A DNA stretch of 40,078 nucleotides, counting the filler, from Glaucostegus cemiculus (lineage: Eukaryota): the NCBI GenBank assembly GCA_976551045.1. It is 3 parts of 3 records of this genome, joined end to end, with 100 filler letters (N's around TTAATTAATTAA, not from the genome) between each part and the next. Parts side by side here need not be neighbours in the genome. Positions count along the whole stretch, not along the records: positions 1,797 to 26,028 come from CDPCPM010000010.1; positions 26,129 to 40,078 come from CDPCPM010000059.1; 1 more part is not named here. One strand, 5' to 3'. Below are positions 23,735 to 35,809 of this stretch, piece by piece. Both the position numbers and the translations under genes were made by a program. How positions within the stretch are numbered: position 1 is the first letter of the stretch; the number at the start of each line of letters is the position of its first letter. Under the pieces are notes generated by a model, which worked only from the letters and a program-made list of their open reading frames with translations, searched no databases and was not told where the DNA came from.

Positions 23735-23895
23735 GGGTGAAAGCAGTTCTGAAAGCAACGTTTAACAGGCATGAACCGGCAGGGAATGGAGATACATGGG
23801 CCACGTGCAGGCAGATGGGATTAGTTTGGATTGGCATCATGCTCAGCACAGACATTGTGGGCCGAAGGGCCTGTTCCCACGCTGTACTGTTCTAT
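23735..23895 (+). mobile_element. CR1 LINE 3' UTR fragment
   Basis: GGCATCATGCTCAGCACAGACATTGTGGGCCGAAGGGCCTGTTCCCACGCTGTACTGTTCTAT, same tail as 21292-21656. Confidence 0.85.
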
Positions 23896-25024
23896 CTCCT
23901 GCCTTATTGCCGACTCCCTCTAAAAAGCAGCAACTGTTCAGCTGATACTCTATCCTCTATTGGCCCCCTGCTTTTCCTTTGGTTCCAAAACTTCTATTTT
24001 ACAGAACTGTGCACTGTTGTAGAACAAATTATTAAACATTCAGGCAAGTAATTTGTTCTCAATTTGCAAGCTAGTAAAACCAGGGTTACTTTATTGCTCA
24101 AACATACACAGGCTGCCGTAAATTTGCCCTGAAGAGTTAGTTCACTGTCCCAAGTTGTTTATAAACTGCTGATAGAATTAAACAAGAACAACTTTTAATT
24201 CCATACAGCTGCTAATTTGAAATAGGTACTTGACTACTTGTACCTGGAGTTGTGGAAATAGTGTCCTGCATTAACTCTATAACTCCCTGATGAATATCTG
24301 CCTCTTAGAATTTGTTTTCAATGGGGAAATGCCTTGGAACACAACCAGCAGGGTTCCAGGTAAATGGATCTCTGCTAAATTCCACTCTGCACTGTGTCCT
24401 ATTAATCGACACCACCATTATCTTCATGCTGCCAAAGTCTGAAAAGTTACATTCCTCAGATCAGAGGTGTATATCCAAGTTCAGTTTCAATTTATTTAGT
24501 TGTTCAAAAACTATAGTTACTCTTAAAATTTGGGTTAACTCTTTTCTGCTTCATCTTGAAAGCAACAAAATTATACTGAGGGGTCATATTTTGTGGAAAA
24601 AATGAAAACTACAATTTGACAATAACAAAAGTAAACATTAACTTATAGATGGTGGCCAATATTTTAATCCAAAATACCTATTAAGTGATAATAATGAAAA
24701 TAGGAGCAAGGTTAATGTAGACTAGTTACTGTAACATTGATCAAATATTGTGCAAGGTTCCACCATTTTTTCTGCACTTTTGCAAAGTACCCCCAGCGCA
24801 TTGTCAGACACTTACTGATGTTGTTAAACTCTGGTCAGTTTTGTGCAACAGATCCACAGTCATTTATTTGCAGTTGTCACACAGCCTAGGAACAACATTA
24901 ACAATGCATTGGTTTCTCCTTTTAGATTATATACTAAAATGATAGTCAGCTCCACATGTTTAATCCATATTGTGTACATTTCCATTTTATTTCTTAAGAA
25001 CAGTACTTTACAAAATATTTCTTG

Positions 25025-25114
25025 GAAACAAAACAAATCCTTTAGACAGCATTCTAACCTATTCCTAAAGAAACAAAACAAATCCTTTAGACAGCATTCT
25101 AACCTATTCCTAAA
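25025..25114. repeat. Perfect tandem duplication, 2 x 45 bp
   Basis: GAAACAAAACAAATCCTTTAGACAGCATTCTAACCTATTCCTAAA at 25025-25069 and 25070-25114. Confidence 0.95.
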
Positions 25115-25609
25115 ACTAAACCATTAATAACAATAAATTTGTTCTTCTACTTTTAGTATTATTAAGTGGTAATGTCTGTTAAAATTGAAATGGATGTCAT
25201 GGAGTCCATCTGTCCTGAGTGTGCCAGTAACAGTCAGACTTTGTTTATGGTGATTGAGCTCATTGCATGTAATCATTTGAAAAGACTGTTCGGGAATGTT
25301 GGAAAGAACTGAAAGACTAGTTTTTAATGTAGGCATTTGTTATAACAATTGCATGAATTATTTTACTTTCAATGCTTTTGCAACAAGCAAAGAGATCACA
25401 TAACAGTTTTAAAAATCGATAATAAATGATGACATATAGGCAATTCAAGCAGCACCCTTCATCTTTCTGCCAAAATATAAATAGATTGATCTAGCTGATG
25501 TGTACTTTATTGTTCACCTAACATTCTCAGATAGGAGCAATTGTTCAAGATTAATTATACCATTTGGTCACCTGCCTCCACTCAAGCTAATCTAATAATG
25601 TTGAAATGT

Positions 25610-25737
25610 AAAAAGCTGCAGATGCTGGAAATCTGAAATAAAAAGCGAAAAAGCTGGAAATGCTCACTTGACTAGGAAACATTTGTGCAGGGAGAAAAAG
25701 AGCTAACTTTTCAGGTCAATGGCCTTGTATAGGAACC
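25610..25737 (-). repeat. Penelope-derived repeat
   Basis: CTGCAGATGCTGGAAATCTGAAATAAAAAG...GCTAACTTTTCAGGTCAATGGCCTT; hammerhead region degenerate. Confidence 0.7.
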
Positions 25738-26028
25738 TAATCATATTTTTTATTTTATTGGTAAAATGACATTTTCTGGGTTAACTGTGCATGTGTAATC
25801 TCTAGAAACTGCTGTTCAATCTACTCTTTAAATGACTGAGAGTGTGATAGCCTCATTTCTACTACAAAATCAAGGCCAAGATTCACAACTAATCTTATAA
25901 CTATATTGGCATTTAAGAGCTTTCCTTTTTTTTACACCTTACAGAGGTCCTGACTCAAACTACAACCAACTTAATAAGTTTGGGTGTACTTGTGACAATG
26001 TTCAGTGACACAATTGGCTCAAAGATGA

Positions 26029-26128
26029 NNNNNNNNNNNNNNNNNNNNNNNNNNNNNNNNNNNNNNNNNNNNTTAATTAATTAANNNNNNNNNNNNNNNN
26101 NNNNNNNNNNNNNNNNNNNNNNNNNNNN
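26029..26128. other. Artificial gap/linker N44-TTAATTAATTAA-N44
   Basis: Identical to 1697-1796. Confidence 0.97.
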
Positions 26129-26582
26129 TATTTAGATAGCCAGCTAGAGATATTTGAGTAGTATTGTTGTCAATCCAGCTTGATCACTGCATTGCTACAT
26201 GTAATTCTGGCACTGTAAGTAATTTATATGTAGCACATTTCAGTCAATGCATTTTTCTGGAGACAGTCCGCAGCATTTATTGATGTTGATGCTGTTTACT
26301 TCCTCTGCTATTCCAATATGCTTTGCTGAGTTGATGGACTTTGTTTGCTGTGTCATAAGACCAGTCACACCTGCAGTTCATCGGCTAAGAGTATGTTTAG
26401 CACTAAATGCAAGGAATTCTTACTTCTTCCCATTTCTAGGAACAATGTGGTATGTGAATTGATATTATAAGGAACATGAAACATCTGCTTTTGTTTTTTC
26501 AACAGAAACATTGCAGTGAAGATAAGCTTAAAGTCTCCATAAAAACTAGAAGGAAGTATTTCATTGCAAAATATTTATAAAT

Positions 26583-27525
26583 GTGAGCCTGACGTCGGTC
26601 ATGGGCAAATTATTGAAAGGTATTCTGAGAGACAGGATATATATAGTTATTTGGATAGACGGGACCTGGTTAGGGATAGTCAACATGGCTTTGTGCGTGA
26701 CAAGTCATGTCTAACCAATCTTATAGAGTTTCTGGAGGAGGTTACCAAGAAGGTTGATGAATTTAATGCAGACAAGTGTGAGGTGATGCACTTTGGGAGG
26801 ACAAACCAGGGTGAGACTTACACAGTGAATGGCTGAGGCATATGGTAGAATAAAGGGACCTGGGAATACAGATCCATAATTCTTTGAAAGTGGCATCAGA
26901 GATAGATAGGGTTGCAGATAGCTTTTGGCACATTGGCCATCATAAATCAGACCATTGATTAGTTGGGATGTTATGTTGAAGTTGTATGAGATGTTGGTGA
27001 GGCCACACTTAGAGTATTATGTGCAGTCCTGGTCACCTATGTTCAGGAAAGATATAAATAAGCTTGAAAAAGTGCAGAGAACATTTACCGGAACTTGAGA
27101 TTTTGAGATACAGGGAAAGGTTGAATAGGTCAGAACTTTATTCCCTGGAGCACAGAAAAATGAGGGGAGATCTTACGGAGATATACAAAATGATGAAGGG
27201 CATGAATAGGGTGAATTCATGCAATCTTTTTCCCCTCAGGTTGGGTAGGACTAGAACTAGAGCTCATATGTTAAAGGTGAAAGGTGAAATACTTAAGGGG
27301 AATCTGAAGGAGAACTTCTTCACTCGGGGTGGTGTGCATGTGTAAGTGGTGGATGCGGGTTCAATTGTAACATTTAAGAGAAGTTTGGATAGGTGCATGG
27401 ATGAGAGAGGTATGGAGGGCTATGGTCTGGGTGCAGGTAGATGGGACTAGACGGAAAACCAGGCTGACATGGACTAGATGGGCCAAAGGACCTGTTTCTA
27501 TGCTGTAGTGCTTCATGACTCTGTA
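26583..27525 (+). mobile_element. CR1 LINE, 5'-truncated, with a large internal RT deletion at 26760/26761
   Basis: VSLTSVMGKLL, DSQHGFVRDKSCLTNLIEFLEEVTKKVDE fused directly to FNADKCEVMHFGRTN; then LVRPHLEY, RGDLTEIYK, TRAHMLKV and CR1 3' UTR. Confidence 0.9.
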
Positions 27526-28871
27526 TAATCCCGGAAAGTACTCCGAAGGCCAAAATTTCCTTCGAAACATTGGGATGCATCTTTAAGAAAGTACAATGAT
27601 TCCCAAGAGTGGGCTTATAATTTTTGGAAATGCTGCACTGGCCACGTCTTTTTCTTTACTACATTCCTTGTTTAAAAAAAATCCCATTTGAAATCCTCTC
27701 CTTATGTGCATGCAAATTGTAGACTAATGAAAGCTGTGTGAAATACTAAAGAAGAACTATTTCTACATCTTGGATCTCATCAATCATTCATTCTTTTACA
27801 AAATAGCCATTCATTTGCATGTGGGTAATTGATAAGCATGAACAGACGTGGTGAGCAGATTGATAATAAGGTGGTTTGACTAGTTTGAACCCCATCAACT
27901 TTCTTGACAACACTGCAGCAAACTCAAGGTCAAACATTTAGTTTGCATCTTAACTAGAATTATATTAGAATGTAGCCCTAAACTCCATTTTTTTTATAGT
28001 GTAAAAGTGATTTTACCGGCAGCAGAACATGCAAGGGATTATTTCTGTCTTAAATTGTTACAAAATTGGATCAAGCACTTTCAGGCACAATTCATCCTAG
28101 AATGTTTGAACTTTTCCTGGTATCAGATGCTCAGCCAATAGCATCATTGTTAGCGTGCATGTGTGTGTGAGCACATCAGTGCTGTGCAGGTCACATTCAT
28201 GTAACATGTGAGATCATGAAATTTCTTGTGACATTGCTGCTCTGTCTATATATCCTCACTCCTAGAACAGACTCCTGCAGCCACCAGAATAGGGTACCTG
28301 CTATTCTATTTGTGGCCACAGTAGGTATCCTGCTCTTGTGACAAAATAGATCCCCTCTCTCTCCATAAATTCCACTAACCAGGACTTTATGCCTATCTTG
28401 TTAAACCTTGGAGATCTCTTCCTCACTCTAGCAGCCATAATCTATGTTGTTGCTATCTGACCGCCTCAGACAGTGAAACCCTACTCATTGCTGTGTAACA
28501 TATTGGTGGCAGTTGAGGTTAATTAAGTGTGCTCTGATAGGGAACTGTCCAAGCCCCACTTTAGTGAACATTTCTGCATGTTAACCATCCTAATGTTGAT
28601 TCAAACATGGTGAATTTCATGAACACTAGCAAGAGATCTGAATGTGGATTAATGTTAAATGCAAGGACAATTTACTTCATTAAAAATAGATGAAAGTCAA
28701 TTTCTGGGCTTATATCTGCAGCAATCTATCTGTCTCAATCCCATTGGGTCACATTGATTGGCCAGTATTGATTGACAACATTTTACAAAAAGCAATGTTA
28801 AAACTGTTTCACAGTGCATCACTCCTGACTTTGGTACTCAAGACTCCTGATCTCAACTAGGTATTTATTAA

Positions 28872-29270
28872 TGGAACACAAAACTATTCAGCACAGAAAC
28901 AGGACCTTCGGCCACAACATCTGTGCTAACCATGATGTAAATTTAAATTAATTCCATCTGCCTGTACATGGTCTATATCCCTCCATCCCTTCTGCCTGTT
29001 CATGCATCTGTCCAAGTGCCTCTTAAACATTGTTATTGTATCTGCTTTTCCCGTCCCTAGACAGCACATTCCAGGTGGGAAAAATGACCTGCTGTGCAAA
29101 TCTCCTTTAAACTTTCCCCCTCCCACCTTAAAGCTATACCTTCTAGTATCTGGCATTTTCACTCTGGGGGTAAAAAAAGACTCTGGCTTTCTACCCTACC
29201 TATGCCTCTCACTGTTTTATATATTTCTATCGGATCATCCCTCAGCCTTTGACATTCCAGAGAACTACTG
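28872..29270 (-). mobile_element. CR1 LINE 3' end
   Basis: ORF 28926..29162 TRRYSFKVGGGKFKGD...FKRHLDR; antisense tail ACAGAAACAGGACCTTCGGCCACAACATCTGTGC. Confidence 0.85.
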
Positions 29271-29939
29271 AGACTCCCCTCTGTCCTGCTTTGTGTGATC
29301 TATAAAGGTAAACAAGGAAACAACAATAAATTCAATGTCAGTCTACTTACATGGGCAATGGCAATCAGACAGGGTCTATCCTCAGCAACACTTCAGCAAA
29401 ACTGAGAGAAAACGTCTTTGCAGTTTAGTCCTGCTTAAAACACAGCAAATTCAGTGACATCTTAATGCAAGGCCAATGATAGCTTTACATGGCTCTGGCA
29501 CTGGAATCTGACACACTGTAATTTGGGCTGCAGAGCAAAAGTAAAGGATCTCGACATTTCTCTGTTTTTTCCTCTTGAGGGAATGAAAACTTCTTGACTT
29601 GATAAATTAGTGTCAGTTGCCATGCATTCTCTTTCAAGCTCTGTTTTGTTTCTGAATTTTATATTATGTAATGAGGAATGGTAGTGCTGGACGATTAAAG
29701 ACTTTGGGTATCCTACATCAATATCAAACACACAATCCACGTACAGCAGATTGAGATATTAGTTAGAGATTTATGTAATCCTATTGCTATGAATTTTCAC
29801 ATTCCCAACATCAGAAGAATATCCATTCTCGCCTTTTTCCCCCAGATGTACCTGCTTGTTTCATCAGTCATTTTATGACAACTGCTTTCTGAGAATAGTA
29901 AGTTAAAGCCAAAACAAAACTGGAGATCAAATCAGAGAA

Positions 29940-30350
29940 GACAAGAGACTGCAAATGCTGGAATCTGAAACAGCTAACATTTGGCTGGAGGAACTCAGAG
30001 GTCAAGTAGCATCTTTGGGAGGAAAGGAATTGTTGACACTTTGGATTGAAATGCTGCAGCAGGACTGAGAGTGGAGAGGTGAGATAGCCAGTATCAAGAG
30101 GGGAAGAAGAGTGGTGAGAAAGGAGTCCGAAGTGATTGGTGAACTGAGAAGGGGTGGAAGATGATAGGCCGGTTGTGCCAGAGGAGAGGGGAGAAAGGGT
30201 GGAGTTGGGAAACAGTGGCAGATGAATGATAAATGAAGACAGACAAAGAGAGAGAAAGAGAAAATATGGACAGGCAAATGGAGCAAGTTGGGGGCGAGAG
30301 GAGTGTGAAGTCTTGAGACAGCTGCTAGAGGGAGGTAAGAAGGAACACAG
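29940..30350 (-). repeat. Penelope-derived repeat with purine-rich internal region
   Basis: ACAAGAGACTGCAAATGCTGGAATCTG...CTGGAGGAACTCAGAGGTCAAGTAGCATC, degenerate hammerhead near 30030-30068, then GA-rich body. Confidence 0.7.
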
Positions 30351-31589
30351 AGCTACCAGTGCTGGACTCTGGATTTGATGAAGATCAAATCAATGTGTAG
30401 TAATGTCACATTAATTATCTACTTAACTGTAGCTCAGTTTTTCTTCATATATCATAACAGATATCATAGATATGGGCATTGCTGGCAAGGTCAACATTTA
30501 TTGCCCCATCATGATTGCCCATGGCAACTTTAAATGGGATGCATGAGGAATGACTGCTGAATGGCCTCAAGCAAGATGATCATCATTGTTGAAGAACTGG
30601 TGAACTATAAGCCTATGACAAAGTATTCACATTCTAGAGAACACTAATTGAAAAGAATGGTCCTGTATGTAACATGGGGTTCAAGAATCATCTAGCTGGT
30701 GGAGACCCAAAATAAATAGCAATCTTCCATGTTTTCTCCATGGTTTGTCCCAGGTCCATCATCGGCTAACAGTTTGGAAAATGAAAAAGGGGTTCAGATG
30801 TATTTTCTCATGTCAGTTACATGATTTTTTTAGATAATTTGCATGATTAGATGTTTACAGTTTCTGCAGATCCACAGAAACTCTAATATTAATAAAAAGA
30901 GAGAAAATAAGTGATCCATCTCTTTTTGTCTATTTATTTTTCTGAAATTTTGTCTGGGAACTCTGATTGTGATTAAAGCAACCTAAAACTTTTTGAGTAC
31001 AATTTTCAGAGTCAGCAAAAGAAAGTTCTTCATCAGTATACTAGGTCATACTCATTATGTGAACATTGGAGTTAAAAGGACAGACATTGTAACATCCAAA
31101 TGTTATGCACCTCTGAAAATTAGGTAGGGATAAGAAGGACTGAAAATTAATTTTAATTCAACATTATTAACAGAAGATGCTTGCGTTTCTGTCATTTTTC
31201 AAACAATCGATTTATAAGTAAGAATCAGTTCATTTCTTCCTCATTTTCAGCTTACCTTGTGTGAAATGCCAGTCAGTTGAGATCATGATGTCCACTGAAC
31301 ACTGCCTCAAATTGGTGGTGATAGGGTAATGGCTTGTTTCATGCAATGCTGATCACAATTGTGTTAATTAATACAGCTGTAGTTTGCAAAGTTGTGCATT
31401 ATCCTTAATAAGCCATCAAACATTAACACATAAGCTTGACTAAGTGTTCCCCACAGAAATCAATACAATGCAGCACAGATGATATTTAACACATCATTTT
31501 AAGGCAATAATCAATAGTAGAAGAGTGCCCCATATATCTTGATATGATAAATGAAAAAAAAATACACATATTGTGCCATTCATTTCCCT

Positions 31590-33160
31590 TTCAGGATGTC
31601 TCTGTACTCTAAAGCCAATTAAATACTTTTGAAGTTTTATCGCAGTGGTATCTTTGGAAATATGGCAACTAATGTCTGCATTGTAAGCTCACAAAGCACA
31701 CATGATAATGATCAAGTTACACATCAAAGTAATGTTGATTAGAGATCAGTATAGGTTAGTCTACCCTTTATGACTAAGAATGGTTTGTATTTTGTACAGT
31801 TCTATGGTGACAACAGTCCTATATATGATCTGCAAACTCTGCTGCAGGTGCAGTTTCTCCACCAGTTAAATGAACTTGGGCCAGGAATTCCCATCAACCA
31901 GTGAGGATATTACAGATTTTTATGGAGACTTTGAGAACCTCTTTGGAACTTTTTTTGGGGTCTGTCCTCCTGGAAATCACTTGCACTGAACGAGCTGAGT
32001 GTTTTGGGAATCCAGTGTTAGGTGTGCAAACAATATAGACCGCCCACAAATCTGGTTGAGCATGATCAGAGCTTCAACCTGGGAATGTACACCTGGGAGA
32101 GAAGACCAATATTGGTTCCTCGATCCTACCATCGATTTGAAAGGTTTTGCAGAATCAGTATCTTATTTCTCCAGTAGTTTGAAATGTCTACTGTAAAATG
32201 CTTATGTCTCCAATGCAGTATCTGTGCTACTTGGTGAAACATGAGCTTGGTGCTGGATTTGACATCTTGGCCTTTGAACCTCTTCTCTACAATGGCCAAA
32301 GGATGTGCTTGTAGATTTATTTTATCATTGAAATCTGCCTTCACTGAGAAGTGGCTCCTGGATATAGAAAAAAATGTCTATTGATCAGGATCTTGTCTTA
32401 GATCTTAATTGTCAGGGGCCAAGCTAATCATGCATCCTAAATTTTTACAATGTTCACCGTGAAGTACATCTTATGCGCTTCAGTACAGGAATCAATGATG
32501 ATTTGGGGCTTGGCTCTTGGATATTCACAAATAAGCACATCAATGACAGAGGCTGGTATGATTTTTGGTTCTGGCGATTTCTGCTCATCCTGAAGATTAG
32601 CTCCACTCCAGCAGGGCACATGTTGGAGATGAGATGAAGTATTGCAGTGAGGAAAATGAGGAAGAGGATGAGTGAGACAACACAGCCTTTCTTGATCCCA
32701 GACTGCCCTGGGATTGGGTCAGATCTGTGGTGAATCTGTTGCGGAGGATCCTGACTTGCATGTTAGGATCAGATGGGGGATGGTGAAATTTTTTGGGGGG
32801 ACAGTCAGATATGGGAAGGATTCCCTATAATTTTTCTCTGTTGATGAAACTGAAGACTTTTTTGGGGTCCAAGAAGTCCTGGGACAATGGATGATGCTTC
32901 CCTCTGTATTTTTCAGCAATCTGTCACTTAATAAAGGTAGAATGTCCTACATCTTTTGATGGATGGATGCTACAATTATTATAGCAATTGTACTTATCTC
33001 CTTTCTTGATAATGGTCATGATTGTAATTTTTGAGATTTCCCTGTAAACTGGGGATAACCCCTCACTCTTCCTCAAAACTGTGTTAATGGTTCATTTATA
33101 TCCCTTCACAATGCAGCATTTTCTCAGTACTGAATTGTTGCTCAAATCTCAGTGAGGAAA
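31590..33160 (-). mobile_element. DeuSINE/SacSINE-like SINE split by an RTE insertion (halves about 31590-31760 and 33047-33160)
   Basis: Left half CAGGATGTC...AGCCAATTAAATACTTTTGAAG...AATGTTGATTAGAGAT; right half ACTGGGGATAACCCCTCACTCTTCCTCAAAA...CACAATGCAGCATTTTCTCAGTACTG; collinear with the antisense of 18684-19095. Confidence 0.6.
31761..33046 (-). mobile_element. Decayed RTE (BovB-like) LINE, RT region to 3' end
   Basis: Antisense: KKGDK..C.NY (about 33005), GIKKGCVVS (about 32690, cf. GVKQGCVIA), PASVID..IIDSCTEA (ORF 32437..32619), KADFNDKI..STKLM (ORF 32126..32344), PGGQTPKK near 31960; many stops and frameshifts. Confidence 0.8.
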
Positions 33161-33270
33161 TGGAGGATGCTATGCTAGCATCAACGTACCATGATCCCAA
33201 GGAGGATGGTGTAGAGAAATGAATTCAGGATTGTCACCTATATTCACATCACTCAGCTTCCCACAAAGTC

Positions 33271-33345
33271 ATTGGTAATTGGTTTATTATTGTCAGATGT
33301 ACCAAGATACAGTGAAAAAGAATTGTCTGCATGCCATTCAGACAG
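33271..33345 (-). mobile_element. Rex1/Babar LINE 3' tail
   Basis: ATTGGTAATTGGTTTATTATTGTCAGATGTACCAAGATACAGTGAAAAA is the near reverse complement of 16702-16750. Confidence 0.85.
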
Positions 33346-33589
33346 TTACTGGATTGCCCCCGACAGTTTCAAACTCAGTCACTAAATAAATGACAAATGG
33401 CTTGCTCACATATAGTCCCCATATATTTTCATATGGGTTATATTTTCATTCACGTGGCCTACACCAATCTACCAAATCAAGCACACTATTTGGTGCTGTC
33501 AAGGGAAGAGATAACCAGGTGGATAGAAGAAAAGATTCAACAATGTGCTGAAACCCTCCATGAAAAAATGTAACATCCTCAACTATGAC

Positions 33590-33820
33590 CATTCAAAGTA
33601 GAGAAAGAGCTTTCAGACGGTGTCAAGAACCTTGAGTTCATGCAGCAGCTCCTAGAATGTCAGTGTAAATGTCAGAAGCAACACACCACCTCACAGGCTG
33701 CCCACCCACCTCACCTGTCAGTACCTCCTGTCTTGCTGGTGGAAGAATCTGCAGTCATCATTCACCTCAGAGGCCACAGAATGAAAACAAGTCATTTTCA
33801 ATCCATAGGGACTGGCTAAA
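33590..33820 (+). mobile_element. RTE LINE 3' end
   Basis: GAAGAATCTGCAG...TCACCTCAGAGGCCACAGA...AAGTCATTTTCAATCCATAGGGACTG, similar to 7230-7445. Confidence 0.6.
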
Positions 33821-34297
33821 ACTGTTACATTAGTGTAGGACAAAGGTAGGATAGAGTTTGAATAAAACAATATGATAAAAATAAACTACATAGCTTCATT
33901 TTTAGTAACAATATATCTGTTGCACAGTTAATTTGCTGAAAAGATAGGGGGAGAGAGAGATAAAATTTAAACAATAATTTTGGTTGCCATCAAAGATCAC
34001 CTCCAATTTACAGCCAGGTTAAATTGACAATAGAAGCCCTGACCCAAGTTCAGGCAGAAGCATGTGATCGCACACTATTTATCTTTAGTACTGCTTGGAG
34101 TATTCCAATGTAGTGCTCAATGGGGTTTGAAAAGTGTCCAGGGACCAGGCTTCATTATATTACATTTTTAGTGTTAGGAAAGGAGCTCTATGTATGTACA
34201 TACATGAGAAACAGGTTCACATTCCTTTGTCCCAGGTTGAAGAAGTGAAGTTTAAACCAACTGGTGCAACTGGAGTTTACAATCTATGCTTGCTTCC

Positions 34298-34340
34298 AAT
34301 ATTTCACTGTGTTTCGATGTACATGTGACCAATAAAGATA
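34298..34340 (+). mobile_element. Rex1/Babar-like LINE tail fragment
   Basis: TTTCACTGTGTTTCGATGTACATGTGACCAATAAAG, similar to 16704-16738. Confidence 0.55.
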
Positions 34341-35361
34341 TATTATCTTATTTTTATCCAACACACACTTGAAAACACACCTGGACTCAAATAAACATGT
34401 TTTTTTCCTCCAAATTTCAAAATCTGAAAGGCATAGATACAGATGTGTTTTTTCAGTAAAATGGATATTTAGTTTGATTGATTGAAGCACAACAAGTTAT
34501 CAACAGTATTAAAATGCCAAAAGTCCAGTCATCCTGCAAACATTTCTTCCTCCCTGTACTCTCCCAGAATTAATACACAGTCATTTTCCTGAACTTACTT
34601 TTTCCCCCCAAGATTTTAAAACAATGCAACTCCACGGAGCAGAAAATTATCCTTTGCCACCAGCATCAGAAAGAATCTGTTGTGTCAGCTAGTCATCAGC
34701 TAGATATGAAAGCAAATGTTGGGAGGGGAGGACAACAGGCAGCCAATATAATGATATCCCTTTAGTTTAGTGACCAAAGGCAAATTTCTTCTCCATTACC
34801 TCCATTCATGCCTTTGAAATTCTACACTTGCCAACTTTTAGAAGCTGACTATGGTATTGCTTCACTACATGCTCCTTGCTTATCTGCAACTTGTTTCACC
34901 TTGATGATTTTTAACCCTTTACCTTGTTTTCTTAGTGGTAAGCTGAACAAATGTGAGAATATAAGCTTACAGTTTTACATTGCAACATGGTGAGGACAGG
35001 GTCAGAGGTTAAACATTATGATTAACCTCCTTACAGGGAGTGTGGGTGTGGGGTAGGTAGCCTATAGGTGTGCAAGTGTCTAAACTGCCATATTGTATAT
35101 GACCAGTGTAATATCTGATTTCTGCTCATTGATTTTGGTGAATGGTGGTTTCTATAATGGAAAGGAGATGTATTTTCCCAGTATATCACCTAGGAAGTGG
35201 CAGTGAAAAATTAAACTTATGTTTGTGAATCACAGAATGCAATAACTGTAACTCTGCCCAAAACTATTACTTTTGTATGATCAGCCTCCAGAAGCATTTA
35301 CTCAGTAAAATATGATGAAATGCAATTTTTTCTTTCAATCAGACAACATTGCGTCAATAAT

Positions 35362-35765
35362 TCCAAAATAAAAGCGGAAAGTGCTGGAAATACACAACAG
35401 GTCAGGCGACATCTGCAGAAAGAGGAACAGTTAATGTTTCAGGTCAATAACCCTTCATCAGAACTGAAAAAGCAATTTAAAAACATGCTTTAAGCTGCAG
35501 AGAGCATAAGGGTAGAGTAAATAAAGGGAATGACAGTGGTTGGGTGCAGACAAAGCTGCCCAAGTGACAGTGTGCTTCAATGCCATCCGGTTAATAGATT
35601 AATGCATGCGGTTAGAGAGAGGGACACAATAAAGGAACATGCTGGAACTGTTGGATGGAGATGCTGAAGTTGCTGCAAATCTTAAACATAAAAAAAAAGA
35701 ATGCTGAAAATGCCCTGCAGATCAGGCAGCATCTGCAGAGGGAGCAAAACTGAGTAAATACTGCA
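35362..35765 (-). mobile_element. Penelope-derived element with tandemly repeated terminal segment
   Basis: Terminal repeat at 35365-35466 and a second direct copy at about 35695-35765 (AATGCTGAAAAT...CAGGCAGCATCTGCAGAG). Confidence 0.65.
35428..35466 (-). ncRNA. Minimal type I hammerhead ribozyme motif (Penelope-associated), probably impaired
   Basis: Antisense CAGUU-CUGAUGA-A-GGGUU-AUU-GACCU-GAAA-CAUU-AACUG: perfect 5-bp stem I, intact CUGAUGA and GAAA core, stem II present. Confidence 0.7.
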
Positions 35766-35809
35766 CATTCACCCATGGAGAGTAGCTCATCTCCTGACAC
35801 TCCAAACCC

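Noticed and set aside
23180-23855. 192-aa and 181-aa hydrophobic, S/P/L-rich ORFs
   Set aside because: Antisense translations of the polypurine tract and a CR1 tail.
27528-27576. Hairpin ATCCC...CGAAGG/CCTTCG-AAACATT-GGGAT resembling a hammerhead
   Set aside because: Has a GAAAC and stems but lacks the CUGANGA core.
31256-31350. Minus-strand open stretch ending at a consensus donor AAG|GTAAGC
   Set aside because: No good acceptor and no recognisable protein similarity.
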